A stretch of 63,542 nt of DNA, counting the filler, from Bipalium vagum (Eukaryota): the NCBI GenBank assembly GCA_037834085.1. It is 3 parts of 3 records of this genome, joined end to end, with 100 filler letters (N's around TTAATTAATTAA, not from the genome) between each part and the next. Parts side by side here need not be neighbours in the genome. Positions count along the whole stretch, not along the records: positions 24,267 to 47,575 come from JBBMKC010210484.1; positions 47,676 to 63,542 come from JBBMKC010141443.1; 1 more part is not named here. The stretch is one strand, 5' to 3'. The translations under genes were made by a program, and so were the position numbers. Below the pieces are notes generated by a model. That model did not search any database. It saw only the letters and a list, made by a program, of their open reading frames with translations, and had not been told where the DNA came from. Positions 41,601 to 56,000 of this stretch are shown here, piece after piece. Position 1 is the stretch's first letter. The number at the start of each line of letters is the position of its first letter.

Positions 41601-44600
41601 TTTAGGAATCGAATTCTCCAGTTTAGGAAAATATTCATGTTATACTGAATAATAAAAATTTTTTTAACAGTAAGTTTTATGCTTTGTCAGGTGACATTTT
41701 CAACTAGCCTTGTACTTATAATAATTTTTAATAAATCTGAATACATAGAACACATTTTACCATGCTGTAGGATTTTGCTAGCTGTTGAAATATTTTATTG
41801 TCTGGTGATGGATTCTCCTTTGCTATGTCTATATTATTCCCTGGATAGTTGTCGAATGGATAATTTGCTACAAGAGATCCACCATGTAAATTCGCTGAGA
41901 GAACAAAGGGATATTCTTTTAACCATTTCATGATAGCCAAAGTTTCAAGTTCCTTTTTTGATATAGAATTTTTAATATAGTTTTAATTAATATTTCATTT
42001 ACCCTTGGGATATCATCTTTAAAAAATTGATCCGGGAAGTTCCGATTCAAATCCACGTTGTTTCTATTTGTTCTTTGAAGATTATATTTACCTATTCAAA
42101 GGAACTGGAAATTAACCAAAATTACTTAAAACTGAAAATATGAATTCATAATATTAAGAAAAAATAGTTAAAATCTATACTGATGTAAGTTTGAAACTTC
42201 ATAAAATAGTAATCTTCATATATTATTAAAATATTATATTAAAAATTTTTATAATCTTTATTATTTTATTATCGGAAATTACCATTGCTTTAAATTAAGT
42301 ACGTTTATATTTGGCTAAATGGAGATGAACACTCTGGATGAAAATGAATAATAAGATAATTTAAAATTTCTATTTTTTTATCCGTTCATTTAAAGAGGCA
42401 ACAAAACAAATGTCTCAAGTCTCAATGTTAATCAGCTTTCCACATGTTCTCATTTTAAAAAATCATGTAACGTGCAGACTAAAATCTATAATATTATAAA
42501 ACTCAATAAATGAAGTTATTTAATAAAATTATTTTGAGGTAACAGAAACTGGCTGTATCGCACACAAAAATTCTAGAGATTTTCATATGCAAACCATCAG
42601 TTTGCAAAATATCAATATCAAAAATAAGAAAAACAGGCATTGTGACAAAAAAATTTTAAAAATAAATAATAAAGAAAACAGATTACACAATTGACCCATT
42701 GTTTTGAATAATCAATTTTAATGTTCGATATCTACCAAGAGATTTCAGTAATACATTGTGTTTATTTTCAGTGAATTAGAATTTTTGTAAAATAATTTCG
42801 AGGCTTAATTATTTCTATAAATTTCAATTTGAATTAATGATATTTATTATAATTAAAAAATCAAAACATTAACCTTTAACATTAACTGGAATATTCATAT
42901 TAAAAATTGCAAGTTATTTAGGAAAACTATTTATGAAGAGATTGATATTTTTAAAAAGTTTTCTTAAAAGTAAATAAAATATAATTTGTTTTAGCATAAT
43001 CGTAAATTTTCTAGATTGTTTTGATGTAACTTTGAATATATCTTAATTTCATAATTTTATATCAAATATTAAAATAATATGTTAATTTTACTTAATTTAT
43101 TAAGTAATCTGTTTTTAAAAAGTTAGTAATCACCATGCATTATTTAATAAAATAGTGACAGAAAATATATGATATTCGAAAAAAACAATTAAGGAAATCT
43201 AATGAAATATAATAACGTAATAAATCCTTAATCCAAAATATAATAAAATAAATAATAAATTTAGTACATATCAACTCAAAATATTTTTATATTAAAATTA
43301 TGCATAATCACAAACCTAGATTTTCATAATCAATTTTAATATAATCTCCATTTAACGATTTCTTCTTTATCTGAAAAATTCTTGACACATAAAAGAAGAA
43401 ATGGATGACAGTTCAAGTCACTTTTTTATTATGTCATAAAAAATTTAGTTTATTTTCTGAGGTCCTAGTGAACATATATATTATACCATAATACTTATGT
43501 ACATTAAATCACGAAGACAAATTTAATTAATCCAGAGCAATCTGGATTTTTAAATATTAAGAAAAAATTTTACGATGTTCCCTAATTTAATTAATAACTG
43601 AGAAAATTTTCGAACTAAAACTAAAAAATTTAATGAAGATAAAAATATTTTTCATAATTTGAATATTTGTTAGACTATTTTAAATTTTTTAGCATTTTAT
43701 CTATGAATTAAAATGTTACTCTAAAATATACTAACTCAAAATTTGAAGAGACTATTAATGTAACTGAAGAAAAGCAATTTCATTTTTTTTCAAACTTTGT
43801 TCTTTTTTTTGAAAACATGTTAAAATATATGTCCTATGTTATTCAAAACTCGTCAGTGATAACGGTCTAAAAGACCTTCATAACACCTTTTAAGAATGCA
43901 ACTAAATTTTGAATGGATTGCTCACGGTTACCATCTTTCTCAGATGGCAAAATGTGGTAAGACAATAGATAAGGTAATGTATTCAATTTTATGCTCTGAT
44001 AAGAATTTCAAATTCTCGTGGAAACAGTCACTAGAAATTATTATTGCAAATATGTGAGAGATTTATGACAAGTATCCAAACAATCATCATGATAAAGTGC
44101 CAGCTTATAAGTCACATGTTGTGATGGATTTTTTGGAACACCAAGGAGTAATTTTGATCCCGCACATCTCATAGTCCTGACCTGGCTCCATGTGATTTTT
44201 AGTTGCTTGGTAAACTGAAAGATCACCTTATTGGGCCTAGATAATAAAGTCGAAGTCATCTTGGAACAGTTATATACCAGTATATGAAACATGTACATAA
44301 AGAACTCTTTGTTTCTTGCTACAAACAATAGAATGGCCGTTTAACAAAGTATATAAATACTACTGGGGGACTTCTTTTAAAAAATGTATCGCTGTTTTAA
44401 TTATACTTTGTATTATTAAATTTTTGCAATTTTGTTCTTATCCCTTTTTGAAAAACCCTCAAAAGATAAATATTTTATTTTATTTAAATATTATATTTTA
44501 TTTTATTTATTTTAATATTTTATTTTATTTTAAATATTTTTAAATATTTTATTTTTAATTATGTAAACTTTAATAGGAAATTAAATCAATAATTATATTA

Positions 44601-46107
44601 AAAAAATAGATCAATAAATTTAATGAAAAATTTTAAGATTTGAAAATTTTACATTATGATACATTAGTTTGCTTGTAAATTCCAATTTTGTATTTAAGAA
44701 TAAACTGTGGATTTTTATCCTCTTCGTGTTAATATGATGATTAGACCAAGATTTAAAGAAGTAACTAATGTAACTGATTTTTCAAGCCAATATTTAGCCA
44801 AAGATGGAAAAACCTTAGGAACTGAATAAGTTTGATCCACTACTAAAGTAATTGAAAGATTTAAAATACATATTCTTTGTCTCTCATGTTATGAAATTTC
44901 AAAAATTTCCAATGGCTTTTAATGAAAAGTAGATTTATAATACCAAACAAATTCTAAGCTAAACTACATAAGCTACAGAATATTTTTGTATACAATGGAA
45001 TACAATTAGTAACCACGGACAAGGATGAAACAATAAATGCTAACTTTATGAAACACTTGTTTAGAAACAAGTGACTCTAATCAATGGAGACACGACAATG
45101 TAAAATTCACAATATATTCGAAAGCTCTGACAAAACAGCTCAAAAGATTTTATAAATCATCATGATGATTATTTCAATGAGTAAATTTTTATTTAGTCTC
45201 ATTTAGTATTCTTAATTGATTTTCAATTCAAATCTTTTAAAAGGTGCGAACATTCTTAATTACCTGATACTTTAAAATTTTAAGTTGACAGCTGCTCCAC
45301 ATATTGTCAGTACCAGCACATGTCGCAAATATATAAATAAGTGCAATTTTGAAAATTTTAAAACAATGAAAAGGTAATATGAAAGTGTTGCCAGTACTTA
45401 AAATGAAAAAACTACAGAAAAATACAGTATGAAAATTTAATCTGGTTCACCATAAAAATGATAAAACTCTAAGCATTGGTCAAATCGCAACTTTAAAAAA
45501 ATTGCTCAATTTCATTAAAAATGACTTAAAATTATATATCGAAATTATTACATACCTTTTTTAGACACTTCAAATCCATCCGGATTCATGGTAGGCAATA
45601 TATGAATCCTTGTACTATTAACCAAGCTTGTAAGAAAGTGATTCTTACCATAATTTTCACACAATAATTTAACAAGACCTAACAATATTTCTCTACCAAC
45701 AACTTCATCCCCATGCATATTACCAATGTATTTGAATTCCGGAATTCCTGGTTTATGTGATCCAGGATGTGTGCTAATCTCTATGACCAAAAGCGGTTTT
45801 CCATGAAGTGATTTTCCTATCGAATATAATCGAGTAATATTTGGATATTTTGTAGTAACATTGTGTAAAAACGCTTCTAGATTTTGCTGGTCATGATAGC
45901 TAAACAAAAATGACAATAAAATTGAAACTAATATCCAAAAAAAATCTACTCTTTCATTTCCGGTTCAATCCAATTTACAGGTGGTCTTCTTTCAGTATCT
46001 GTGAACTGTGAAGCATATTTTATCATATCCTCAAAAGCAAGAAGATTTGTCCAGAAGCATGAAACGCTTATTATAAGTAAAAGAATGATAACATTAAAGT
46101 TAATCAT
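26605..46107 (-). CDS. CPD: Carboxypeptidase D (M14B metallocarboxypeptidase, type I membrane protein), complete 16-exon model, 1237 aa
   Basis: Exons (minus): 46107-45950, 45899-45556, 42091-42003, 41952-41761, 41242-40833, 36288-35915, 34829-34693, 34644-34431, 29998-29837, 29786-29610, 29553-29321, 29267-29001, 28948-28834, 28777-28460, 27177-26860, 26810-26605. All phases join and total 3714 nt. Signal peptide [19 protein letters not shown]; motifs [79 protein letters not shown]. Two further degenerate repeats follow, then [26 protein letters not shown] and a tail with YRLL. Confidence 0.92.
30147..33177 (+). mobile_element. pogo/Tigger element (decayed transposase ~31640-33000) carrying a nested mariner, inside a CPD intron
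   Basis: TIRs CAGTGGAACCTCTATATAACG / CGTTATAAAGAGGTTTAATTG with TA on both sides, plus subterminal CTATATAACG repeats. Peptides QQRISxKFDIP (frameshifted), [50 protein letters not shown]. Confidence 0.88.
30261..31556 (-). mobile_element. Full-length decayed mariner (DD34D), copy 2, nested in the Tigger
   Basis: TIRs TTGGGTTGATTCAT / ATGAATTAACCCAA with TA TSD. Peptides [16 protein letters not shown]…, [32 protein letters not shown]. Confidence 0.93.
37385..38633 (-). mobile_element. Decayed mariner
   Basis: Imperfect GGTGAT-type TIRs. Peptides [11 protein letters not shown]…[17 protein letters not shown] and [10 protein letters not shown]. Confidence 0.8.
40021..40724 (+). mobile_element. 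Internally deleted Tc1/mariner-superfamily element (DD41D/DD37D-like)
   Basis: TIRs GGTGTTCCATAAATGA / TCATTCATGGAACACC with TA flanks. Peptide [15 protein letters not shown] (cf. WPPRSPDLTPLDF). Confidence 0.75.
41300..41712 (+). mobile_element. mariner 3' remnant in a CPD intron
   Basis: [20 protein letters not shown]. Confidence 0.65.
43850..44460 (+). mobile_element. mariner 3' remnant in a CPD intron
   Basis: HHDKVPAY and [19 protein letters not shown]. Confidence 0.75.
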
Positions 46108-46769
46108 ATCAAAATTTAATTGTAAAAATCAAAAAATCTGAAAAAATTTGAAATTGAAAAAATTTCGATATTCAGAAATTAGCTCATTGGAACAAATGGA
46201 AACAGTTATTTAAACTTTTCATGTTAAAAATTTAATATCATTTTTTACTCAGTTTTAGAGATTTTAGTTTTAATTTAAAGTTAGTAGTTTTGATTTGAAA
46301 AGTAATGTAATCAGTGAGAGAATATTGTCAAAAACATTTTGTCAATCAATTTCTCCACGTTCTCATCAACTGTATTACGATACTGACGATTCATTATTTA
46401 AATATCCATTTATGAACATCAATGATAAATAATGTTTGTCAAACATTATATCAAAATATTTTTTTTATCAAAATCTAAATTTTTGAAACAGTGTTGACAG
46501 TTATTAATCTTCCCTATTACTAATTACTCTATTAATTATCCATATCGTTTCTATTAAATGATTGAAATATATAACTATAATTACTTTGATTCAGTCTTCA
46601 TTTTACTATACGCTGAAGTAAATATTTCCAATCAAATATTTCCAAAGTAAAATTTTTGTAAATATAGAAATCGATTTTTTCAAAAACATCAATTTTTAAG
46701 TCATTTTGAAACATCTGTGAAACATCCTTTATTTACATTTCAAATTACCAAATAATATATATCAATATC

Positions 46770-47575
46770 GTGAACAATTAAGATACCAGAAATTAATATC
46801 TTATATTCAAACCTCTTGAATACTTCTCGGCATACTTTCATAAAGATTTTTAATTTAGGATGCTGGAATCATTACCCATTGCATCTTCGAATTCTTCCAA
46901 AGTGCCTCAATATTTATTTGCCTGAACTTAGCAACACTGGATTTTAGTCACCTAAAATCAATCCACAACGGCTCAATTATACTCAGATCTGGTGACTGGG
47001 TCGGCAATCACTGAGTACACAAAATTTTGTTTTGTCAAAAAATGAAGACACAAATCTTGATTTATGGCATGAAACTCCGTCTTGATGAAATATATTTTGT
47101 GCCTCCATATATTTGTACTAATCCATTCTTTAATATGTCCTGATAGTCAAAAGAATCTATTCGATCCGAACATCTTATGAGAACTCTGATGCCATCTTCT
47201 TTGATTGCGCCCCAAACCATCAAACTCTCACCTGCGATTTTAACCGCTTTCGTGATATTTTTAAGATCATATCTGGATCCTTGTATTCTTTTCTTCTGTA
47301 AAATAATTATATCCTACATTCGTCAGAAAATGTGACATAATTCCAAAAAGAAGGATGTAGCTTGAGAGTCTTACACTTCTTTAAGCGATTATTGATATGT
47401 CGTTAATGGTTTCTTTACTGCAATCCGTTCAGATAAGTCACATTTTTTCAGAATTATTTAAGCAGAATTAACTGAAAATATTTGGCTTAATTTCCATTCA
47501 ATTGTTCAATATTTAGGGTATCAAATTTAACCTGACTCCAAAATCTTAGGTGGTGCAAATCAAAACAATCAGTAA
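46770..47575 (-). mobile_element. Tc1 (DD34E) transposase remnant
   Basis: FSDE, AVKIAGESLMVWGAI, FHQDGVSCH, PTQSPDLSIIEPLW. Confidence 0.8.
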
Positions 47576-47675
47576 NNNNNNNNNNNNNNNNNNNNNNNNN
47601 NNNNNNNNNNNNNNNNNNNTTAATTAATTAANNNNNNNNNNNNNNNNNNNNNNNNNNNNNNNNNNNNNNNNNNNN

Positions 47676-47746
<71 letters not shown>

Positions 47747-48499
47747 TAAAATGAATTATTTCAATAAACATTTATATTTTGTGAAAGAATAAAACTATTG
47801 GTTTAAATTTTATTAAATCCAATTAAATATGAAAATAAATAAAATATATTCAAAATTTAATAAATATTATGTAAATATTATGTCAAACGACAGCCTGTGT
47901 AAAATTCTTCCCAACATAAGTGACATGTAAAACATTATTATTATTTAGTGGAAATTATTTATAATGGTTCTGGTTAGGAATGCTTATTTGATTGATTTTT
48001 TTCTTTATGTATATTTATCATTTTATTATTTTTATAAATAAAATAGCAATTTTTAATTATAACATTTAAAATAACAGATTTGTTTATTTTATAAATAAGC
48101 TTTACTTCATTTATTTAAATATATAAATAATTAAAATATATAAATATATAAAATAAAAAAATAAATAAAATAAATAAATATATAAAATAAAAAATAAAAA
48201 AAATAAAAAAATAAAGAAATATAAAAAATAAAATAAAGTAAAAGAAATAAATAAATAAAATAGATAAATAAATAAATAAAATTATAATTTCGAGTTATTT
48301 TTTAATCAAATTTATTAGACAAACCTAAAATATTTTTGATTGTTTTAATTAAATGTAAAAATAGAGAATATTCATCAGGATGGAGTATAAACTCTATTTT
48401 ATAATAAAAGTAGGCAGTAACGTTAGTGTAATAAAGTCTAAATAACACTATACCTGAATATCTAATGTAAATATATGTTTAGAAATTCCAGTTGTTTAA

Positions 48500-49517
48500 A
48501 TAAACACTTTAGGAAGCCACAATAAATAAATACTTAAATTTCAGTAAATTATATTTCAGATATATACTACTGTTTATATTCGATATGTGAAAATCAGTAA
48601 CTATGATGAAGTCGTTGTCAAGTTGCAAATTCTTAAACGACTTCAATTTGGATGATAAAGATCAGGACAACCAAAAGACTTTGAAATTAAAGCATTGCAA
48701 GATTTTTTTGAATGAAAACAACACCGTGGATAAATAGATCAACAATTTCCAGGCGGCTAAATAAGCTAGGACAATTCAAAACTAGCGGAAATGATTCCCT
48801 TATAATTTAAGTGAAAGTGCTAACTGTAATTGTTCGCCAGACAAAGAAAAGCGAGTTTTGGAAGCGAATTGTTAAGAGCGATTTATTTCCATAACCCTGT
48901 CGAAATTCATAATGGTTTAATCCAGCTCAGGCTTCAACATCCACAATAATGCGCAATAATTATGATAATCAGAAACGTAATCTTTATAAGTAGTGAGTTA
49001 TGAAGGTTTCATGTATCATGGAGTCTTGAAATCAAAGAAAACAATTATCGGAAAACGATATTAATATCACATAAATTAATTAAATGATAAATTGATTACA
49101 AGACCTATAATACCCAACAATCGACTAAAAATTATTATTTTTCATGACAAATGCGAGACTACATCGTTCTTCAATTTGTCAAGTAAATACTGTTAGAGCT
49201 GCAATGAAAATTTTACCACACCAAGTGTATTCTCCAGATAAAGCTTCAATATATTTTCATGTATTCTGACCAAGAGCACATTCTCTGAATGATACTCATT
49301 TCAAGTCGTAAGAAGATGGTTAAAATTTGGTTTCCAATTGGATTCATTCTTAAAGACAAAAATCATCTAATCAGAGCAAAAATCGATGTTGCGAGATTTA
49401 TGAAAGAAAGTTATTTTATCGATGGAAATACTTTGATTGATTTTAATGTTTTTACTTGTCATAAAATAAATATTAAAAGTTGCTTAAAAATTCTTAATCT
49501 ATTGTACCCCTTAATAG
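48500..49517 (+). mobile_element. Decayed Mos1-like mariner
   Basis: DDKDQDNQ/GQPKDFE, IIFHDK…RLH, PHQVYSPD; right TIR-like …ATTGTACCCCTTAATA. Confidence 0.65.
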
Positions 49518-50089
49518 TATTCGGAATAAATTAAGAGTTCGGCAGAATAGAAAAGGAGTTATTTTATTTTGAATAATAATCAATGCAGAAATAATAATAA
49601 TAATAATAATAATAAAACGGGATTAATATTGTCGAAAAATATTTTTTCTCGAATAATAAAGTAATAAAACGATACTTCTTACATTATCTTCACTGGTCGT
49701 ATTATTATACTTCATTTTATAATTAACGTTATTTAATATAATTTAAAGGGAATTTTCAATTTTCCCCTCATAATTGGAGAGTCAATTATGTCAATTTTCG
49801 ATTTTTTATGGGTTCAAATCTAATCAGTTTCCATTATATAAATTTGTCTTAAGATTGGTTTTCTCAAATATTTTACCATGATTCTTTTGGTAGTTCAGCC
49901 ATAAATTATTATTTCTTTTCTTTCCCAAACGGGAATGTATTATTTTTTTTATCCAGTACATCGTACCACTGCATCATCTAATATTTTATGTGGGTTCCCT
50001 AAAGAGAAATTTTTTTAAAAAACAAATTTTAATTGATATTACTCTTTTTATTTTTCCTAAAAATTTCTGTTATCCGATAATGGTAGGAT

Positions 50090-50620
50090 ATAAAGTTTCC
50101 GAAGAAAGGAGATTTCAAAAAATTTACTTAGAAAATCGAATCTAATAGTGCAGATCAAGCAATATTATCAAGATTTAACAGAACTTTTAGGTGAAAGCGT
50201 GACGAAGTTATCTTTTTTCTTATTCATTTTTTTGTGGTGTAATACGAAAGTTTTCCACAAATAATGTGCATGTTAACATGAAGATACGATTGTGAATCCT
50301 CTTATTGTATTAATAAATTCGTATATGAAACAATCTGCACGATTCTCATTCGTCAGTTTTCAAGGACAATGTCATGGATTTTTCTGATTACTTTCGGTGT
50401 TGTCACATTTTTTTAGAGTTTAAATCATTCTGAGCGATCTGTGATTATACGATCATAATGAATTCATATATAAAAGCTTTATTGTACACATTAAGCTTTG
50501 ATATGGTTTCATTATTCTTTTGTCTCTTAAGAAAGAATGTTTCAGAAGTACACATGAAATTCACGTTTCACGATTTATGACAAATTTTATTCGATATTGC
50601 CAGTGTAGCGTATTTTTTAA
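50090..50620 (-). mobile_element. mariner remnant
   Basis: TTPKVIRKIHDIVLEN*RMRI. Confidence 0.55.
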
Positions 50621-51947
50621 TGAAATATTTTGCTCCCAGATTTATCCTTAATTTCTAAACTCAGAATTTTAGTAGTGTATTCTTTTTCAAAAACCCTTGA
50701 ACCACCTTATAAACAAGAATTTTCATTTTTCTCTTTTCTCTACTTTAAACGGTTACTGTCAACTGTTTATGAAAACTTTGGCTTATTATTAAAATTTAAT
50801 GGAATATGTTGAACTTAAGAAAACAAAAAAGAAATAGCAATTAGAAAATTTTTCGCCATCATGCTTAGATTGTATTTTGAAAGGAATGAGAACAATGAGC
50901 ATTTCATATTTATTATTTACCCTATTTTAACTTATCTCTTTAATCAATCAATGATGATATATAAAAATAATCAATAATTATTTTTTATATATTTATTAAA
51001 TATTTAATTTATTATTATTACATCAATTATATTTATCCGTTCACCGGATAATTTCATATTTATAATTAATATCAAATATATTAATTTTTTTATTAATAAT
51101 ATTTTGATAAAATTCACCAAATTTTCCCCAATTATTTCATTCAAATTTTATTATTTTATTTTAATTTATTTTTAAAAATTTTATGAAAATTAAAAAATTG
51201 TAATTATTTCTTTTTCCGTGAATTTTAATAAATTTTCATTTGAAAAAATAATTAATTGATGGGTGAAAAAGTATTTTTTAAATGAAATTTTCACAATTAT
51301 TTATTTTTATTATAATATCAAATTTTGAAGGGAATGAAGAGATAATAAATAATAAGGCAATTTTTAAAGAAAAAGAACATTCCAATTTTGATTTTAACAA
51401 GTTTTATGCACTATAAAACGATTTTTAAAGATTATTATAATTATTTAGGAAATAATTATTCAACAATTATTCAATAATTATTCAATAATTACTCTAATAA
51501 GGTTTTTCAAGCTTAATGGTTACCTTGCTCTAATTCTAATTATCAAAAATATTTTATTAAATACTTAATATTTATGAAAACAAATATTTTTGGTTTTAGT
51601 TGTTTTTCTTTCATTATTTTATTTTAATTAATTATTTTTTGAGTTAGCATAAATTTTATTTATAATATTATTACTTTTTGAAATAAATAGAAATATATTT
51701 TGAAATAATTCTTTATTTGATTTCTTCTATAATTACACATTATCTATCCGTTATTTAGTTTTAGTTGTTTTCATTTTCTAATGGTACTAAAAGACTGCAA
51801 CAAGAAAATATTTTTGAGGAAATAATATTAATAAAATATGTTTTCTTAGAAGGTTTAAATTTTTTTGTGTACTAATATTAAGTGTATTAATGTGATTCCT
51901 GCTTTTACAAAAATGAACTAGAAATTGTGCTTCAATAAATAAATTAC

Positions 51948-52503
51948 ATTGGTATGATATATTATTTTTAGATCATATATCAATAATTCAATGAAAAAAT
52001 TCAATAGCTTTATTTAAATTGATATTGTTTAAATAATACAAAAATTCAAAGTGGCCAATGTCGTTCCAAATAAACGTCATTTGCAGGAAATAATGTTGCA
52101 TTATGTTTTTGAAAAGAAAACCTGTGCAGAAACAAATCGCTTTTTGATAGAAGTTTACGACAAATATGCTCTTTCCCCAGCGACATGCGAATAATTGTTT
52201 TGTCGATTCAGGATTGCAGATTATGACATTTTGAACAAAGACCTTGGTAGACCAAAAAGTGTTTGAAGATGAAGATCCGCGTTTTTTTGGAAGCCGTTCA
52301 GTTCCCATAAAGATCTTCCAAAATGTGTTAATGGCTGGATTTCTTCAAAAGGACCAGATTCTTTTCGTGGTATTGTTGCCTTAAAGATGGTCTAATGTCA
52401 TATCTGTATATGGAAAATAATTTTGATTAAATGTTATTAATCAAAACTTTAAAAATGTTTTTTTTATTAAACAAAAGCCGGAATCATACTAATGCACGTA
52501 ATA
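51948..52503 (+). mobile_element. Internally deleted mariner
   Basis: NKRHLQE…, GRPKSV/FEDE, FSSHKDLPKCVNGWISSK. Confidence 0.65.
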
Positions 52504-53091
52504 GATAAAATTGATATATTGTAAAATCCTGAATAACCTAAATTTGACACTTCGAAAATTGTATCATGACATTTGTCAGAAACACGAAGCTTTCTTTTTC
52601 AGATGACTTCTTTATTATGACTTACCCAATAGAAACCACCTGGAGCATTACTGTGTACCATTATTTTCAATATTTTTCAGCAATCCGGGTATTTCGTGAC
52701 TCTGGTTTAGTTGTTTTAGATTTCTTGTACCATTACTTATCGAAAAACAGGAAAAATATTTAAGTATTTCATCAAAAAAACTTTATCTCTTTCAGTCTTT
52801 TAATACCAATAGGTGAAAACACCAAAGCTATAAAACAGTTAGGTGATGTGCAGTCTTATCGATTCTTTTCAAATAAGTTGAACATTATAACCTTTCTTCC
52901 ATATTAAAGCGATTTTGAATAAAAAACGAATACCTATTTTTTATTTTAAAAATATAATTGGCTAAAATTATCAAAAAAACGAAGTTAACATTAAAAATAT
53001 TAAATTTAATGGAAATAATATTTTCAGACCCCATCACGAGAAAAATCTTTCTTAATATTTTTCAGTTCATTAAAACAAAATATTTACTTAC

Positions 53092-56000
53092 CAAACATAA
53101 TAATTGATACTTTCACTTCATATATTTTAACAGAATTGCGAGTACGAGCCTCTAATAGTTCTGTCGCTTTATTTTTGGTGACACAAGATATAAGATGACC
53201 CGACTTCAAGAACGAAATGGGCATGATAAGAGTGGATTGATTAGGGATTGTATTAGTAACTTGTATGAATTCCATTTCATCTGTTATTATTTCTCTTGAG
53301 TTCCAATACCAATGAAAAATAGGAGCAGGGATGCCACCATGGCTGACACATAAAAGCTTCAGCATTTTCTTGATGTGTAAATTAAAGTCAATAATAATTT
53401 CACTGTTTCTAATAATTTCTTTTTGGTAAAGAATCAAAGGTAATGATGGGAGCTCTACAAATATCATAATTATAATTATATATTACGTTTCCATGAAAAT
53501 TCATTTAAATAAATAATATTTATATTACTATTATTATTACTGTTACATTTTTCAAATAATTACAAACTAACTTGTAACATGTAAAGTACTACTTCGGCGC
53601 AATAAGGGGTGATGGTCAACTGGCTGCACTTGACATTCATAATCTCCAGAATCTTCTGGTTGTACATTATTTATTTGAAGATTATGTTCTCCTTTGGTAA
53701 CATCACCTACAATTTGTATTCTAGGCATTCCAGGCACAGATCTGTCATATCCTTAATTTCAAAAAAATTGATAATAATATCCTTTTTGATTAGATAACAA
53801 GTATAATAATAAATGTTATAATAATCCTCATTTAAGCCTAAAAAATTACAATTAATAAATATTATAATTTTTATTTACTAAATATATTAAATTTAATTAA
53901 TTTTTCTTGATTCACCAATGCTGGCGATTCTTCAGAACAATTATTAGGCAACTCTGATTGCCTACGTAGCTTATGAAGTTGATTTCATAGTTTCTTCTGA
54001 AAGGGATACATCAATGAAGCGTTCGAAGTACACGAATAGATAGATATTTGATTTTTTCGGAGACTGCCTTATATTTGGAAAGCTTCTTCATTGGGTCTGC
54101 TGTACCTTCAGTGTCAGACGCTTTTATTGTTTTAAATTTGTTAAGAATAATTAGAATATGTTTGATTTACAGCTTAGAAATATATTTGAAATTAAATTAA
54201 TGTTGAATATATTAATCTTTTTTCCACTTGTTAATCTTTAATTTTAAAATTAATCGTTAAAATAATTTATTGATTAATTAATCGTTAACCACCACAGACT
54301 TAATATTTGTATTTAGATTTCATAATTTTTATAACAAAAGTCCAATTATGAATTTTAGAATATTAATATTTGACACAAAAGCGTCCTCTTTTCACTATTA
54401 CCTACCAGGCCTCCATTAGCCACTTAATTTACATAGTGATGTAAAAATACATTGCTGGATGAAATATTTTAATTTTCATTGAACTCATTGCGTTCATTTC
54501 TGTGAAGTAAGATTCGTTTTCTGAATTATACAAAAAATGAAAAATCTTCATGTTGCAATCTATAAATAAATGTACGAAATAAATGTGAAAAATGTAATTA
54601 ATTTATAATAATATCATTAAAACATAAGCAAACCAATTTGGTATACGTTCTAATAATGAATAAAAAAATACAATCATGATATTGTGATAATTTGAAAAAA
54701 TGCATATAACATTCCAGGGATCCTATTGGTTGAAAATTCTTATTTATTCTTACAAATTCAGTAAACATGACATCATTTGACACAATATTTGACTTCCGGT
54801 TTGTGTTATGTATAAATTGTATTTTGGTTCTTTCCTTTCGTTTTTTTGTTTTCTTTCTTAGATAAAAAATTTTTAAAAGTTCATTCAAAACTCAAATTAA
54901 TTATTAAAAATTTTATTAATTATTATTAATTATTTCAGATTAAATAATGAAAAATTAGTAATAAGATTATAAATAATTAATTTGTATTTTCGAATGTCTG
55001 GAAATGGGATTTTGTCATATCTTTCCTATTATTTAATTGTTTGGAAATCTTTGGCTAATTAATGTACATATTACGCGCAACCCGGCGTATGGAATATCGA
55101 TATTATTTCCTTTTTAAAAAGGTAAATGTAAAAATAAAATAATATTTTAAAAATTATTTCAGATGTAAATTTTGTTCAAATTTGAGATTTCTTTAAAAAT
55201 TAGTAAATGTTTTGATGTTCCCTTCAACATGTATAATGTTTGTACAACGTTACAACTGCAAAGGCATCTAAACTTTTGGGGAAGATTATTATAAAAATTG
55301 TATTTTAATTAAATAATTCGTTTAATATTTTTTATCAAATCCCTTTTCAAAGGATTCATAAAACGGATTTAGCATTGGAATGTTTCCATGTGACTTACAT
55401 TTGATTAATGATGAAAAAATAATATTATTATGAAAAATATTATTAAACATGAAAAACGAAGAACTTTTAATTATAAAATATTATAAAAACTGAAAGAAAA
55501 TAAAGTGTAATTATGGAAACCGGGAATGTCTTTCGTCAAATAATAATTTCCAAGCTCTTATCATTCAAAAGATGAAACTGTGACTATTGTCAGACAACAA
55601 AGTTCGCCATATGTTACACCAAGATTTGCATATCGAAAAAGTATTTGGCTAGGAAATGGAGCATTCATTAACGATTCGATAAAACCACTTTAGGAGACAA
55701 ATTTGTAAACCTAATTTTATGAATCGTTTCATAACTTTGGATCAACTTTAATTTACCACCATAATCTTAACCTCTGACAAGAACATTTACAGTGGATTGA
55801 AACTGTTTGCTTATTTCCAAAGCATTTGAAGGCAGAACAAATGGTAACAGGTTCCGCTTCCACAACCTCTCACGAAACCTAGATAAATGAATTTAAAAGA
55901 ACAATTGTAGAATGAGGGACCAATACATTTTAATTTAATTTGTTATAAAATGTAGTACCTCTTCAACTCTCGTTTATTCAATTGATGACTTACGCTCTCC

